A DNA stretch of 64,000 nucleotides from Gemmatimonadota bacterium (GCA_025357945.1 JANYLJ010000019.1:8668-72667), one strand, 5' to 3'; numbered from the stretch's first letter, positions 1 to 9,500 are shown. The notes: a model not told the origin generated them from the sequence alone. Program-made: numbers and translations.

Positions 1-1
1 G

Positions 2-367
2 CAGACGCCAGCGCTGCCCATCGTCTATGCGCTCGAGACCCAACTCGGCCGTATCGCTCGTGAGGGACTCGCCACCCGTTTTGCGCGGCACCGCACCATG
101 CGCGAATGCGTGGAGGCCTGGGTCGCCCGCCACGGTCGCTGCGGCATCCTCGCCCCACCCGGCCGCCGCTCCGATACTGTCACTGCGCTCACGCTCCGCC
201 CCGACATGGCAGCCACCACCGTGGCACGGGACCTGGCGTCGCGGGGGTGGCAGGTCGCCGTCGGCATCGACGCCGACAAGGACCAGCTCATCCGGATCGG
301 CCACATGGGCGACGTCAGGCCAGAACAACTGGAGGAACTGCTCGCCACCATCGAGCCGCTGCTGTAG
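2..367 (+). CDS. Class V PLP aminotransferase (alanine-glyoxylate/serine-pyruvate type), C-terminal part, truncated by window edge
   Basis: Open frame from base 2: QTPALPIVYALETQL..EGL..RFARH, SDTVTAL, IRIGHMG. Confidence 0.8.
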   Translation, partial: QTPALPIVYALETQLGRIAREGLATRFARHRTMRECVEAWVARHGRCGILAPPGRRSDTVTALTLRPDMAATTVARDLASRGWQVAVGIDADKDQLIRIGHMGDVRPEQLEELLATIEPLL

Positions 368-381
368 CGGCGAAGGTGTGC

Positions 382-496
382 TAAAGTGTTTCTGCCAAAG
401 CGCTTACGTAACGGTAACAGAGTCGCACTGGTGCCTGTGCGCCAAGGTGCCTGCAGCGGCGTCCCTTAACGCTGGCAAGCTGAACGCGTCCTTGCA
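382..496 (+). promoter_or_regulatory. Possible sigma54-type promoter region with an upstream imperfect palindrome (IHF-like)
   Basis: TGGCAAGCTGAACGC (473-487) has GG-N10-GC spacing but lacks TT; imperfect palindrome TAAAGTGTTT-N5-AAAGCGCTTA upstream. Weak match. Confidence 0.25.
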
Positions 497-554
497 CTGT
501 GCAGGGGCTGATCCGCGGCCCCGTGCCAGTCACCCAACTTGAGAGGTTCACCCA

Positions 555-1361
555 ATGCTTCGCACTCGACTCATGGTCGCCGGGCTGTTCGTCGTTGCCG
601 CGGCCTGCAACAGCAAAGACACGACGACCACCTCGGCAGGCGACCAGGCCGTGATCACCGCCGATGTCGCGGTCGCGGCCGCCGACGGCATGGCGGAGGA
701 TGTGGACGTGATGACCGGCATGGACGGCGGCATCGGGAACTCGGCGTTCCTGGTCGGACCAGGTGATTTCCGCCCCGGACTCAGCGGCTGCACGTTCGCC
801 GGCGGCATGTTCACCTGCCCGTCCACGACCCGCAACGGTCTCGTCGTCACTCGCACGATCACGTTGCTTGACGCGGGCGGCGTCGCCGAGTCGGCGTACG
901 ACGCTCTCCTGACCGCCTCCATTCATGTCGTAGCGAACATCTCCGGGGATGTAACGCACGGCCCGTGGAGCGCCACGGTCTTGCGCCATCGCGACTTCAC
1001 CATCAGCGGCCTGGCCGGCACCGAGACCACCCGAACCGTCAACGGTAGCGGCACCGAAACGGTCACCCGCTCGCGGGTGACGCACAACGACGGCACGCGC
1101 ACCTATGATATCACCGGTGCGAGCACGGTCACCAACGTCGTCCTCCCGGTACGCACCGCCGACGGCGGCAACGGTTGGCCGCTTTCCGGCACCATCACCC
1201 GGACGTTCACCGTCACGCTGACTTCTGGCCCGAACGCTGGCAGGACTGAGACCCGGACCGTTGTCATCACGTTCAACGGCACCTCGAGCGTGACAGGCAC
1301 GGTGAATGGCACGCCGTTCACAATCGACCTCGCGGGCCACACGGCGCTGCCGCGCGGCTGA
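555..1361 (+). CDS. Hypothetical Thr-rich beta-structured lipoprotein
   Basis: GAGAGG RBS; lipobox VAAAC; alternating Thr/hydrophobic strands. Confidence 0.8.
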   Translation: MLRTRLMVAGLFVVAAACNSKDTTTTSAGDQAVITADVAVAAADGMAEDVDVMTGMDGGIGNSAFLVGPGDFRPGLSGCTFAGGMFTCPSTTRNGLVVTRTITLLDAGGVAESAYDALLTASIHVVANISGDVTHGPWSATVLRHRDFTISGLAGTETTRTVNGSGTETVTRSRVTHNDGTRTYDITGASTVTNVVLPVRTADGGNGWPLSGTITRTFTVTLTSGPNAGRTETRTVVITFNGTSSVTGTVNGTPFTIDLAGHTALPRG

Positions 1362-1415
1362 CGCCGTCGGTGGCGGGTGAGCCCAAGCGAAGCGAAGGAT
1401 CGGCTTGCGACAGGC

Positions 1416-1470
1416 GAGAGGTAAGGGGGGCTCCGAAAGGGGCCCCCTTCTCTCTTCCCCCCTCTCTCCC
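1416..1470 (+). terminator. GNRA-capped hairpin, probable terminator
   Basis: AAGGGGGGCTCC-GAAA-GGGGCCCCCTT followed by a pyrimidine tract. Confidence 0.6.
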
Positions 1471-1490
1471 ATCCGGCGATATTGGCCAGC

Positions 1491-3944
1491 ATGCCCGAAG
1501 AACGCACTCCCTACGACCCACATGACGTAGAAGCCAAATGGCGCGCCCGCTGGGCCGAACGCCGCACCAACGAGCCCGACCTCGATCACGCCGCCCGGCC
1601 ATTCTACAACCTGATGATGTTCCCCTATCCCTCAGCCGAGGGATTGCACGTCGGCAACCTGTTCGCATTTACTGGCGCGGACGTGTTCGGGCGGTTCCAG
1701 CGGATGCAGGGGTGGCACGTTTTCCAGCCGATGGGCTTTGACGCGTTCGGCATCCACTCCGAGAACTTCGCGCTCAGGGTCGGCATCCATCCCGCGGACC
1801 TGATCCCACGCAACATTGCCAACTTCACCCGCCAGCTCACCGGGATGGGTGGCATGTTCGCCTGGGACCACGTGCTCGCGACCACCGACCCGGCGTACTA
1901 CAAGTGGACGCAGTGGATCTTTCTGCAGCTGCTCAAGCGCGGTTTGGCATACAAAAAGCAGGGCGCGGTCAACTGGTGTCCCACCGACAAGACCGTGCTC
2001 TCCAACGAGCAGGTCATCGGCGGCGCCTGTGAGCGATGCGGCACCATGGTCGAGCAGCGAGTGCTCGAGCAGTGGTACTTCCGCATCGCCGATTACGCCA
2101 AACGGCTGCTCGACAATCTCGACGATCCGACCAAGATGGACTGGTCGCCAACAACGGTGATGGCGCAGAAGAACTGGATCGGCCGCTCGGACGGCGCCGA
2201 GATCCAATTCCGTGTCGCCGGCCACGAGGGCGTGACCGTTCCAGTCTACACCACGCGGCCCGACACCCTCTTCGGCGCCACGTTCCTGGTGCTCGCCCCC
2301 GAACATCCACTCGTGGGCCAGTTGACCACGCCGGCAGCGCGCGCATCGGTCGCAGGCTATCGCGCGCAAGCCGCCGCCAAGGATCTGGTGTCCCGCAAGG
2401 TGGGCGACAAGGAAAAGAGCGGTGTGTATCTCGGGGCCAGCGCGATCAATCCTGCGACTGGCCACGAGATCCCGATCTGGATCGCCGACTACGTCATGAT
2501 GGAATACGGCACTGGTGCCATCATGGCAGTGCCGGGACACGACGAGCGCGATTTTGCGTTCGCGACCCGATTCAAGTTGGCCGTCGTACGTGTCGTCGCT
2601 CGCGACGGCGAGAGCGCCGACGACCCACTCGACGCCGCGCTCGTGGACGTCGACGCGGGGCGCATGGTGAATTCGGGAGAATTCGACGGTATGGCGCCGC
2701 TCGATGCCAAGCGGGCGACCACCACCTGGATCGAGCGTGAAGGACACGGTAAGGGCTCGGTGCGGTACCGCCTCTACGACTGGTGCATCTCGCGCCAGCG
2801 GTACTGGGGCCCGCCGATCCCGATCATCTACTGCGACGCGTGCGGCGCGGTACCGGTGCCGGAGGATCAGCTCCCGGTGCTGCTGCCGTCGCTTGAGGAC
2901 TTCCGCCCCGATGATTCCGGCGTCTCCCCGCTCGCCCGTCACACCGACTGGTATCATGTGCCGTGTCCGAGTTGCGGCAAGCCGGCGCGGCGCGAGACCG
3001 ACGTGTCCGACACCTTCCTCGACTCGGCGTGGTATTTCCTGCGCTATCCGAGCACCGAGTTCGCCGACCGCGCCTTCGATGCCGATCTCACCCGTCGCTG
3101 GTTGCCGGTGGCGAACTACATTGGCGGCAACGAGCACGCCGTGCTGCACCTGCTCTATTCCCGCTTCATCACCATGGTGCTGCACGACGCCGGCATGCTT
3201 TCCTTCGAAGAACCGTTCCGACGCTTTCGTGCCCACGGCCTGATCATCAAGGACGGCGCCAAGATGTCCAAGTCGAAGGGGAACGTGGTCAATCCCGACG
3301 ACTACATCGCGCGCTGGGGTGCGGACACGCTGCGTACCTACCTGATGTTCCTGGGGCCCTACCAGGAAGGCGGCGACTTCCGTGACGCCGGGATCAGCGG
3401 CCCGCGTCGCTTCCTCGACCGGGTGTGGGACCTCGCCTCGGACGCGGCCAACCCGGATTGCCGCGGAGGCGAAATTCGCCGCGACGTGCTGATCAAGTGG
3501 CACCAGACCAAGAAGCGCGTCACCGCCGATCTGGCCGGGTTGCACTACAACACGGCCATTGCCGCACTCATGGAACTGGTCAACGCCCTCCGCGACCAGC
3601 ATTGCAGCGAACATGCCGTCGTGAGCGAACTGGTACAGATGACGGCACCCTTCGCACCGCATTTTGCCGAGGAATGCTGGGAACGGCTCGGCCATACCAC
3701 ATCGGTGTTCGACTCCGCCTGGCCCAGCTTCGACGACACGCTGACACTGAGCGACGACATCACAGTGGTCGTGCAGGTCAACGGCAAGGTGCGCAGCACG
3801 CTGACCGTGGTACGGGACGTCGCCGAAGCGAGCGTCCGCGCGTTGGCGGAACGCGACGAGAACGTCCAGCGACATCTGGCGGGAAAGACGATCAGAAAAG
3901 TCGTGTATGTGCCCGGGCGTTTGGTAAATTTCGTGGTGGGGTGA
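1491..3944 (+). CDS. leuS: Leucine--tRNA ligase
   Basis: MFPYPS, HVGN (HIGH equivalent), TTRPDT editing domain, DWCISRQRYWG, KMSKS, C-terminal VQVNGKVR. Confidence 0.98.
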   Translation: MPEERTPYDPHDVEAKWRARWAERRTNEPDLDHAARPFYNLMMFPYPSAEGLHVGNLFAFTGADVFGRFQRMQGWHVFQPMGFDAFGIHSENFALRVGIHPADLIPRNIANFTRQLTGMGGMFAWDHVLATTDPAYYKWTQWIFLQLLKRGLAYKKQGAVNWCPTDKTVLSNEQVIGGACERCGTMVEQRVLEQWYFRIADYAKRLLDNLDDPTKMDWSPTTVMAQKNWIGRSDGAEIQFRVAGHEGVTVPVYTTRPDTLFGATFLVLAPEHPLVGQLTTPAARASVAGYRAQAAAKDLVSRKVGDKEKSGVYLGASAINPATGHEIPIWIADYVMMEYGTGAIMAVPGHDERDFAFATRFKLAVVRVVARDGESADDPLDAALVDVDAGRMVNSGEFDGMAPLDAKRATTTWIEREGHGKGSVRYRLYDWCISRQRYWGPPIPIIYCDACGAVPVPEDQLPVLLPSLEDFRPDDSGVSPLARHTDWYHVPCPSCGKPARRETDVSDTFLDSAWYFLRYPSTEFADRAFDADLTRRWLPVANYIGGNEHAVLHLLYSRFITMVLHDAGMLSFEEPFRRFRAHGLIIKDGAKMSKSKGNVVNPDDYIARWGADTLRTYLMFLGPYQEGGDFRDAGISGPRRFLDRVWDLASDAANPDCRGGEIRRDVLIKWHQTKKRVTADLAGLHYNTAIAALMELVNALRDQHCSEHAVVSELVQMTAPFAPHFAEECWERLGHTTSVFDSAWPSFDDTLTLSDDITVVVQVNGKVRSTLTVVRDVAEASVRALAERDENVQRHLAGKTIRKVVYVPGRLVNFVVG

Positions 3945-4288
3945 TGACCGACGCTCCGCTGACCTTCGACCAATTTCTTGCCGTCGACATCCGGGTCGGC
4001 CGCGTCATTGCCGCACGCTTCAACCCCACCGCGATCAAGCCGGCATTGCACCTCGAAGTGGATTTCGGCCCGGAGATCGGCGTCAAGCACTCGAGTGTGC
4101 AGCTCACGGTGCACTACACCGCGGAGTCACTCGTCGGACGTCTTGTCGTTGCGGTGGTCAACTTTCCGCCCAAGCGGATTGCCGGCGTGACGAGCCAGGT
4201 GCTGGTCCTCGCTGTGCCCGATCCGGCTGGAGCTGTCGTGCTGCTCCAGCCGGATCAGGATGTCCCGGTCGGTGGACGGATGTTCTAG
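3944..4288 (+). CDS. csaA: tRNA-binding protein/chaperone (CsaA/Trbp111)
   Basis: VDIRVG, VDFGPEIG.K.SS, VVNFPPKRIAG; TGATG overlap with leuS. Confidence 0.92.
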   Translation: MTDAPLTFDQFLAVDIRVGRVIAARFNPTAIKPALHLEVDFGPEIGVKHSSVQLTVHYTAESLVGRLVVAVVNFPPKRIAGVTSQVLVLAVPDPAGAVVLLQPDQDVPVGGRMF

Positions 4289-4290
4289 CG

Positions 4291-4881
4291 CTATTCCTGC
4301 ATCGGCTTCCCTTCAAGCCGTGCCTTCAACCGCCGCAAGTCTTGCTCGGACATCAGGCGAAACACCGACACCAGCATCTTCGAACCGAAGTCGAGCACCG
4401 CGCCGCCTAACTTCCCGCCGGAATCGCCGCGCTCGTTCCGCATCGAATCGATAACCGGCGATCCGATCGTGCTCACCACGAGCGTTGAATCGCCCGCCCC
4501 GACCAGCGAGTCACGGCGGGTCGCGAAGATCTGGCGACTCGAATCGTTTCGCATCTGCAGCACGAGCAACCGCCCCGGCGTCACATCGCTGACCGTCCAG
4601 GTGTAATTCTGCTGCTTCGAACCGCGCGACATCATCTCGATGTGGAGGGTGTCACCCACCGCCACGATCCCGTGGCGCGACGCGGTGACCTTGCTTCCAA
4701 CGGCCATCCAGATCGACATCGAATCGGAATTGGCGAGCGATGCCCAGACGCGATCAGGTGAGGCGGCAACGGCCACCGTTACCGAGTCACCGCCTTCCAT
4801 CAACTTGCGATAGCCGATGTAGCAGGTGGCGGCCAACGCCACGACCAGAAGCAGCAGGGCTCCGACGATCCACTTCCACAT
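4291..4881 (-). CDS. Membrane-anchored SRPBCC (START-like) family protein
   Basis: N-terminal TM helix; VAASPDRVWASL..W, C-terminal DLRRLKARLE. Confidence 0.75.
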   Translation of the reverse strand: MWKWIVGALLLLVVALAATCYIGYRKLMEGGDSVTVAVAASPDRVWASLANSDSMSIWMAVGSKVTASRHGIVAVGDTLHIEMMSRGSKQQNYTWTVSDVTPGRLLVLQMRNDSSRQIFATRRDSLVGAGDSTLVVSTIGSPVIDSMRNERGDSGGKLGGAVLDFGSKMLVSVFRLMSEQDLRRLKARLEGKPMQE

Positions 4882-4988
4882 GCAGGGTTTCTCCGTGAGA
4901 AGGGGCAGCCGGCTACCCGCGGAACCTAACAGACAGGTCTGGAGCCGGCCGCGACCCATTCGGCCCCTTCGGCATCTATACTGTTGCC

Positions 4989-5543
4989 ATGACCAGAGCC
5001 CTGACAATGCACGCCATGTCCCTCCCCGATGCCGATGCCGTGATTGCCAGGGCAAGGCTCGGCGATCCGGTCGCTCTGGAAGCCATCTACCGGGCCTACG
5101 CGACGCCGGTCTACAATCTCTCCCGGCGGATCTGCCGGACCACCGAAGATGCCGAAGACATCCTCCAGGAGACCTTCTTCGAGGTGTGTCGTAGCATTCG
5201 CAACTACCGTGGCGACGGCTCGATCTGGGGCTGGATCCGCAGCGTGGCCTCAAGCAAGGCGCTGATGCGGCTCCGCCGGAACAAGTACCGCGACACCGAC
5301 GAGCTCAACGACGATCTTGCCCCCGCCCGCTCGGCCTCGTATGCCCTGCGGATGGACCTCGAGTCGGCGATGGCGCGCCTCTCCGATACCGCCCGGGCCG
5401 TGGTGTGGCTCCACGACGTCGAGGGCTACACCCACGACGAGATCGCCGGCCAGATGGGGAAGACCGTTTCGTTCTCCAAGTCGCAGCTGGCGCGGGCCCA
5501 TTCGCGGCTCCGCACCTGGCTCGGCGAGGAGGCGCCGGCATGA
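4989..5543 (+). CDS. ECF RNA polymerase sigma factor
   Basis: DAEDILQETF, region 4 WLHDVEGYTHDEIA..SKSQLARA. Confidence 0.93.
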   Translation: MTRALTMHAMSLPDADAVIARARLGDPVALEAIYRAYATPVYNLSRRICRTTEDAEDILQETFFEVCRSIRNYRGDGSIWGWIRSVASSKALMRLRRNKYRDTDELNDDLAPARSASYALRMDLESAMARLSDTARAVVWLHDVEGYTHDEIAGQMGKTVSFSKSQLARAHSRLRTWLGEEAPA

Positions 5544-6145
5544 CCGCCCATCTCACGATGGAGCAGCTGCTGGCCCTCCGTGATGACGACCGGAGCGAAC
5601 CGGGGCTGGCCGCCGGACGTGATCACTTTACAACTTGTCGCCGCTGCCAGTCGGAGCTGGAACGACTGCACCAGCGCACGGCGCGGTTGCGGGCGCTTCC
5701 CCCGTTGGCACCGGCAACGGACGAGTTTCCGGCCGTCCACCAGCGGATCACCGTGGCACGCCAGCGCCGCGACCGTGCCGCCGCGTCGATCGGGTTGGCG
5801 GCGGCAGCAACGCTCGTGCTCACGCTGATCGGCCGCGACCTCGTGCATCCGCGTCGGCTCGACGCCGAACAGATGCTGCAGAACGAAGTGAGTCAGTCGC
5901 AGCGGCTCGAACAGGAGCTGCGCCGGTGGAATCCGGCCGAGCGCGTGATCGATGGATACACCGCCATCGTGGTGATTCAGCTCGAGAACAAGATCGCGGA
6001 ACTCGATGGCCAGCTCGCGGCAGCCGCCAACAGCAAGCATGCCGCCCCGATCGAGAATGAGATCAAGCTGTGGCAGCAGCGCGTCGGCCTGATGAACGCA
6101 CTGGTCGAGGTGCACCTGACCAAAGCAAACAACGTGGGTCTCTGA
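5540..6145 (+). CDS. Putative anti-sigma factor (Zn-binding HxxxCxxC, TM helix, coiled coil)
   Basis: HFTTCRRC motif, one TM segment, ATGA overlap with the sigma gene. Confidence 0.8.
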   Translation: MTAHLTMEQLLALRDDDRSEPGLAAGRDHFTTCRRCQSELERLHQRTARLRALPPLAPATDEFPAVHQRITVARQRRDRAAASIGLAAAATLVLTLIGRDLVHPRRLDAEQMLQNEVSQSQRLEQELRRWNPAERVIDGYTAIVVIQLENKIAELDGQLAAAANSKHAAPIENEIKLWQQRVGLMNALVEVHLTKANNVGL

Positions 6146-6173
6146 ACAGACTCACCCGGAAGGAGTACGAGTC

Positions 6174-7337
6174 ATGCGTCATCTCTTTGCTCTGGGTCTT
6201 ACCCTCTGCGTCGCCGGTTCGGCCGCGGCACAGACCGAAGTCATCATCCGTCGGCCCGGCCAGCAGGACCAGGTCATCCGCCTCGACAGCGCCCGCACGA
6301 GAGAAGCGCTCGCGAAGGTGCAAGCCGAACTGCAGAAAGCGACCACCGCGATGTCGGGTCGGCTTGAGCTACTGCAGCACGACCCGAGCCACCAGGCGGC
6401 GTTCGAAGCGCCGATGCGCGTGAGCATGCTGGCGCTCAAGGACGCCGAGATCGCGGCCACCTCCTGGGCTCGTCGGCAGCCGCATCTCGGCATCCTGGTG
6501 GCGACGACGCCGCGGGAAACCGACAAGTACGGCGCCTACATCAGCGCCGTCACGCCAGGCAGCCCGGCCGACAAGGCCGGCATCATCTCCGGCGACATCA
6601 TCGTGAAAATCGCCGGCAAGTCGTTGACTGAAAAGAACGCCAAGGACGATTCGGGTCCGGGAGTCCGGTTGATCAGCATCGTCGCGACGCTCACGGTGGG
6701 CAAGCCGGTTGACGTGGAACTCCGTCGCGGCACGCAGAACAAAACCGTCAAGATCACGCCAACCGAGGACGAGGCGGGCGCGATCGCCCGGATGGCACCG
6801 AGTGTCACCGACCTCTCCCGACTGTCGCTCGATCTCGCGCTGCGCGCGCCTGAGTTGCCGAGCCGCATGGCGTTTCTGGCGTCGCCATCGTTCAGTGTCT
6901 TCGGCAACGGTAACGGCGCCTTCAGTTACTCGTTCGGTAGCAACGGCCTGTTCGCCAATGTGGAGCTCGCGCCGCTCAACGAGAAGCTCGGCAGCTACTT
7001 CGGGACGAGCGAAGGCGTATTGGTCGTAAACACCGGCGTGGATCGGCCAGCGCTCGTACGCGGGTTTCGGATCGACACCGCGCGCGCCGCGGCGCGGAGC
7101 GCACGGGTCCGGAGGATCGAGGCCGACTCGATCGATGCACCGGCTAACGGCCCGGTTCGCGCCGTCAACACCATCGGCCTCGAGCCCGGCGACGTGATCC
7201 TCTCAGTGGATGGCCGCAAGGTGACCAATCCATCGCAGTTGATGCGAATCGTGGGCAGCTACGACCACAACGACCAGTTCAAGCTGCAGATCATGCGGCA
7301 GAAGCGCGCCGAGACGTTGACAGTCAAGATGCCCTGA
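6174..7337 (+). CDS. Secreted protein with two PDZ domains
   Basis: Signal peptide; HLGI..VTPGSPADKAGIISGDII; GLEPGDVILSVDG; no protease motif seen. Confidence 0.88.
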   Translation: MRHLFALGLTLCVAGSAAAQTEVIIRRPGQQDQVIRLDSARTREALAKVQAELQKATTAMSGRLELLQHDPSHQAAFEAPMRVSMLALKDAEIAATSWARRQPHLGILVATTPRETDKYGAYISAVTPGSPADKAGIISGDIIVKIAGKSLTEKNAKDDSGPGVRLISIVATLTVGKPVDVELRRGTQNKTVKITPTEDEAGAIARMAPSVTDLSRLSLDLALRAPELPSRMAFLASPSFSVFGNGNGAFSYSFGSNGLFANVELAPLNEKLGSYFGTSEGVLVVNTGVDRPALVRGFRIDTARAAARSARVRRIEADSIDAPANGPVRAVNTIGLEPGDVILSVDGRKVTNPSQLMRIVGSYDHNDQFKLQIMRQKRAETLTVKMP

Positions 7338-7360
7338 GTTTCGCCTCTCCTGGGCAAACG

Positions 7361-7396
7361 CGAACGGGGCACCGACCGATGTCGGTGCCCCGTTCG
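7361..7396. terminator. Perfect 16-bp hairpin after the PDZ gene
   Basis: CGAACGGGGCACCGAC-CGAT-GTCGGTGCCCCGTTCG. Confidence 0.75.
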
Positions 7397-7410
7397 GTTA
7401 ACTTGCCGAC

Positions 7411-7803
7411 ATGACTCGCCGAAACCTGCTCTTCGCCCGGGCGCTGGTGCTCCGCTGTCCGCATTGCGGCGGGCGTCACGTCCTGCGCCATTGGCTGGCG
7501 ATGAAGGATGCGTGCCCGACGTGCGGCCTGTCGCTCGCTACTGGCAATCGCGCCGGCGCCTACATCCTCAACCTCTTCACGTCGGAAATGTTGCTGATGG
7601 TAGTGCTGGCGACCGTCGTCGTACGCAGCTGGCCCAGTCCGCCATACGACTTGCTGCAATGGCTCGCACCGCTGCTGATGCTCATCGCACCGCTGCTTTT
7701 TTATCCGTTTTCCAAGCTGGTCTTCGTCGCGATCGATCTCGCAATGCACCCTGACGCGGCGCCGGATGCGTTGGTGCATGGGGAGGTCAAGAAGCCGCTC
7801 TAA
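7411..7803 (+). CDS. DUF983 family membrane protein
   Basis: RCPHCG..CPTCG plus two TM helices. Confidence 0.85.
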   Translation: MTRRNLLFARALVLRCPHCGGRHVLRHWLAMKDACPTCGLSLATGNRAGAYILNLFTSEMLLMVVLATVVVRSWPSPPYDLLQWLAPLLMLIAPLLFYPFSKLVFVAIDLAMHPDAAPDALVHGEVKKPL

Positions 7804-7807
7804 GCGT

Positions 7808-7945
7808 TGTCATCCTGAGCGGAGCGCACCGCAGGTGTGCGCAGTCGAAGGACCTCGGTGCCATGCACGAAGCGACTCCTCTGCGCTCGGGGCCGAGGTC
7901 CTTCGACTGCGCAACGGCCATGCCGTTGCTTCGCTCAGGATGACA
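7808..7945. repeat. 138-bp REP/MITE-like palindromic element
   Basis: TIR TGTCATCCTGAGCG(G/A)AGC (17/18 match); inner perfect 21-bp inverted repeat 7838-7858/7893-7913; each arm has its own small hairpin. Confidence 0.85.
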
Positions 7946-8513
7946 GTTCCCTGGATCCCCATCTCCTCCAGACGACCGCAACCAGAAACCACCCCGCCAC
8001 CGCCGCGACCGTCACGTCACTCAGGAAGTGCGCCTGCGCCTGCACCCGCGTCACCGCGCACCCCACCGCCATCGCGAGCCACACCGGCCATGCCCGCGGG
8101 TACATCCGGCACAACAACCACGCCGCGCTGAACGCCACCATCGCGTGGCTGCTCGGCAACCCGAACTCGGCGCCGTGGAAGGGCCGGTCGCTGAACGCGC
8201 GAAATACGTACTGTCCGCCGTGCAGTGCCGGCCGTTCGCGACGGATCAGCACCTGGAGGAGCGCCGCGAGGGCGCCACCCGCCGTGGGGACCAGCGCGAG
8301 TAGCAAGGCGGTGCGGCGATCACGTGTCTGTGCCCACATCGCCATCGCGGCCAGCAGCCAGAGCGGCAGGAACCCGAACGTCCGCCACATCCGGCCAACG
8401 TCGTGTTCGTATATATCTGGCTGGACGAGGTGGCTGAACGCCCAGCCATCCGCGAGGTGTGCTGCGACGATGGCCAGTGTGGCGTACAGGGCGATTCTGA
8501 CCGGTGGGCGCAT
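7935..8513 (-). CDS. PAP2 family membrane phosphatase
   Basis: RERP, PSSH, TRVQAQAHFLSDV motifs (the Lys of motif 1 is Gln). Confidence 0.88.
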   Translation of the reverse strand: MRPPVRIALYATLAIVAAHLADGWAFSHLVQPDIYEHDVGRMWRTFGFLPLWLLAAMAMWAQTRDRRTALLLALVPTAGGALAALLQVLIRRERPALHGGQYVFRAFSDRPFHGAEFGLPSSHAMVAFSAAWLLCRMYPRAWPVWLAMAVGCAVTRVQAQAHFLSDVTVAAVAGWFLVAVVWRRWGSRELSS

Positions 8514-8519
8514 CGGTCC

Positions 8520-8527
8520 AATATATT
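8520..8527. promoter_or_regulatory. Palindromic bidirectional -10 element
   Basis: AATATATT gives TATATT on both strands, 7 nt and 6 nt before the two divergent ATGs. Confidence 0.6.
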
Positions 8528-8534
8528 CGTAACC

Positions 8535-9500
8535 ATGCATCATATCTGTCGGTTGTCACTCGTTGCTGGCTTGCTGACGCCCTTCCGCGCGTCGGCGCAG
8601 GATATCCCGCCGTACGTTCCGGCCAATCCGCTGCTGGCATCGCGGAGCGCGCTGTACGCGCAACCGTTTATTTCCGCCGGCGTGGGCACGCAGCTGCGAT
8701 TTGTTGCGGATTACTATAACGCCGTGGAAGTGGCGCAGAGTCCTGGCCCGTTCCCGCGCCAGACCATCTTCGATGCCGAAGTGCTGCAAGCCGATCTCTG
8801 GGTCACGCGAGACGTGTCGCGGCGAGTGTTCCTCGTCGCCGACCTCCCGATTCGCGGCGGGTACGACGGATTTCTCGATGGCTTCCTGAATTGGTATCAC
8901 AAAGCGCTCGGGCTGTCGGTCCCGGCCCGCGATCAACTGCCGGAGAACGTCTTTCAGTGGAGTTTCGTGCTGCCGGACTCGAACGTCGATCGCGTCAAGC
9001 CGGGGACCTTCATCGGCGATCTGCGAACCGGTGTGGGAATCCGCTTCGGTCGCGCTCAACTGGTCGCGAGCGTTACCCTGCCCACGGCGACCCTTGGCAC
9101 GGACGGTTGGACCCGCCACGTCGTGGGCACGTCGATCGCCCTGACCGACGAGTTGCTGCGGAACTCACGCGTCGTGATCGACGCCAGTGCCAGCGCGGGT
9201 TTCACGCCGACACACGGGGCGCTGAGTCGATATCAGCGGAGCACGTTCGCCAGCGCGCTGGTGAGCGGCAAGTGGCGTTTCGCCGGTCAACAGGCGGTGT
9301 TCAGCTCGGTGTGGATACAGTCAAGCAACTGGAAGAACACCAGGTTCACCGCCGTCGACGATCCCGAAGTCATCCTGGACTTCGGGTTCCTGCTGCACCT
9401 CAAGCGCCACTGGCCCGAACTGCAGCTTGGCATGACCCAGGACCTGCTACCCAGGGGCCCCGCAATGGATGTCGGCTTTACCGCTGGACTGCGCTGGTAA
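8535..9500 (+). CDS. DUF3187-like outer-membrane beta-barrel protein
   Basis: Signal peptide; GFLDGFLNWYHKALGL..R motif; C-terminal aromatic residue (LRW). Confidence 0.72.
   Translation: MHHICRLSLVAGLLTPFRASAQDIPPYVPANPLLASRSALYAQPFISAGVGTQLRFVADYYNAVEVAQSPGPFPRQTIFDAEVLQADLWVTRDVSRRVFLVADLPIRGGYDGFLDGFLNWYHKALGLSVPARDQLPENVFQWSFVLPDSNVDRVKPGTFIGDLRTGVGIRFGRAQLVASVTLPTATLGTDGWTRHVVGTSIALTDELLRNSRVVIDASASAGFTPTHGALSRYQRSTFASALVSGKWRFAGQQAVFSSVWIQSSNWKNTRFTAVDDPEVILDFGFLLHLKRHWPELQLGMTQDLLPRGPAMDVGFTAGLRW

Noticed and set aside
1411-1490. T-box riboswitch ahead of leuS
   Set aside because: No T-box consensus, the spacer is too short, and a -10-like element sits directly before the ATG.
1632-3875. 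747-aa antisense ORF over leuS, and many similar long shadow ORFs (e.g. 39671-40981, 16404-17495, 23321-24472)
   Set aside because: Expected from high GC3 codon bias opposite well-supported genes; no motifs.
7766-8131. Small ORFs crossing the 7808-7945 element
   Set aside because: Translations of the palindromic repeat (CHPERS/LRMT patterns), not genes.
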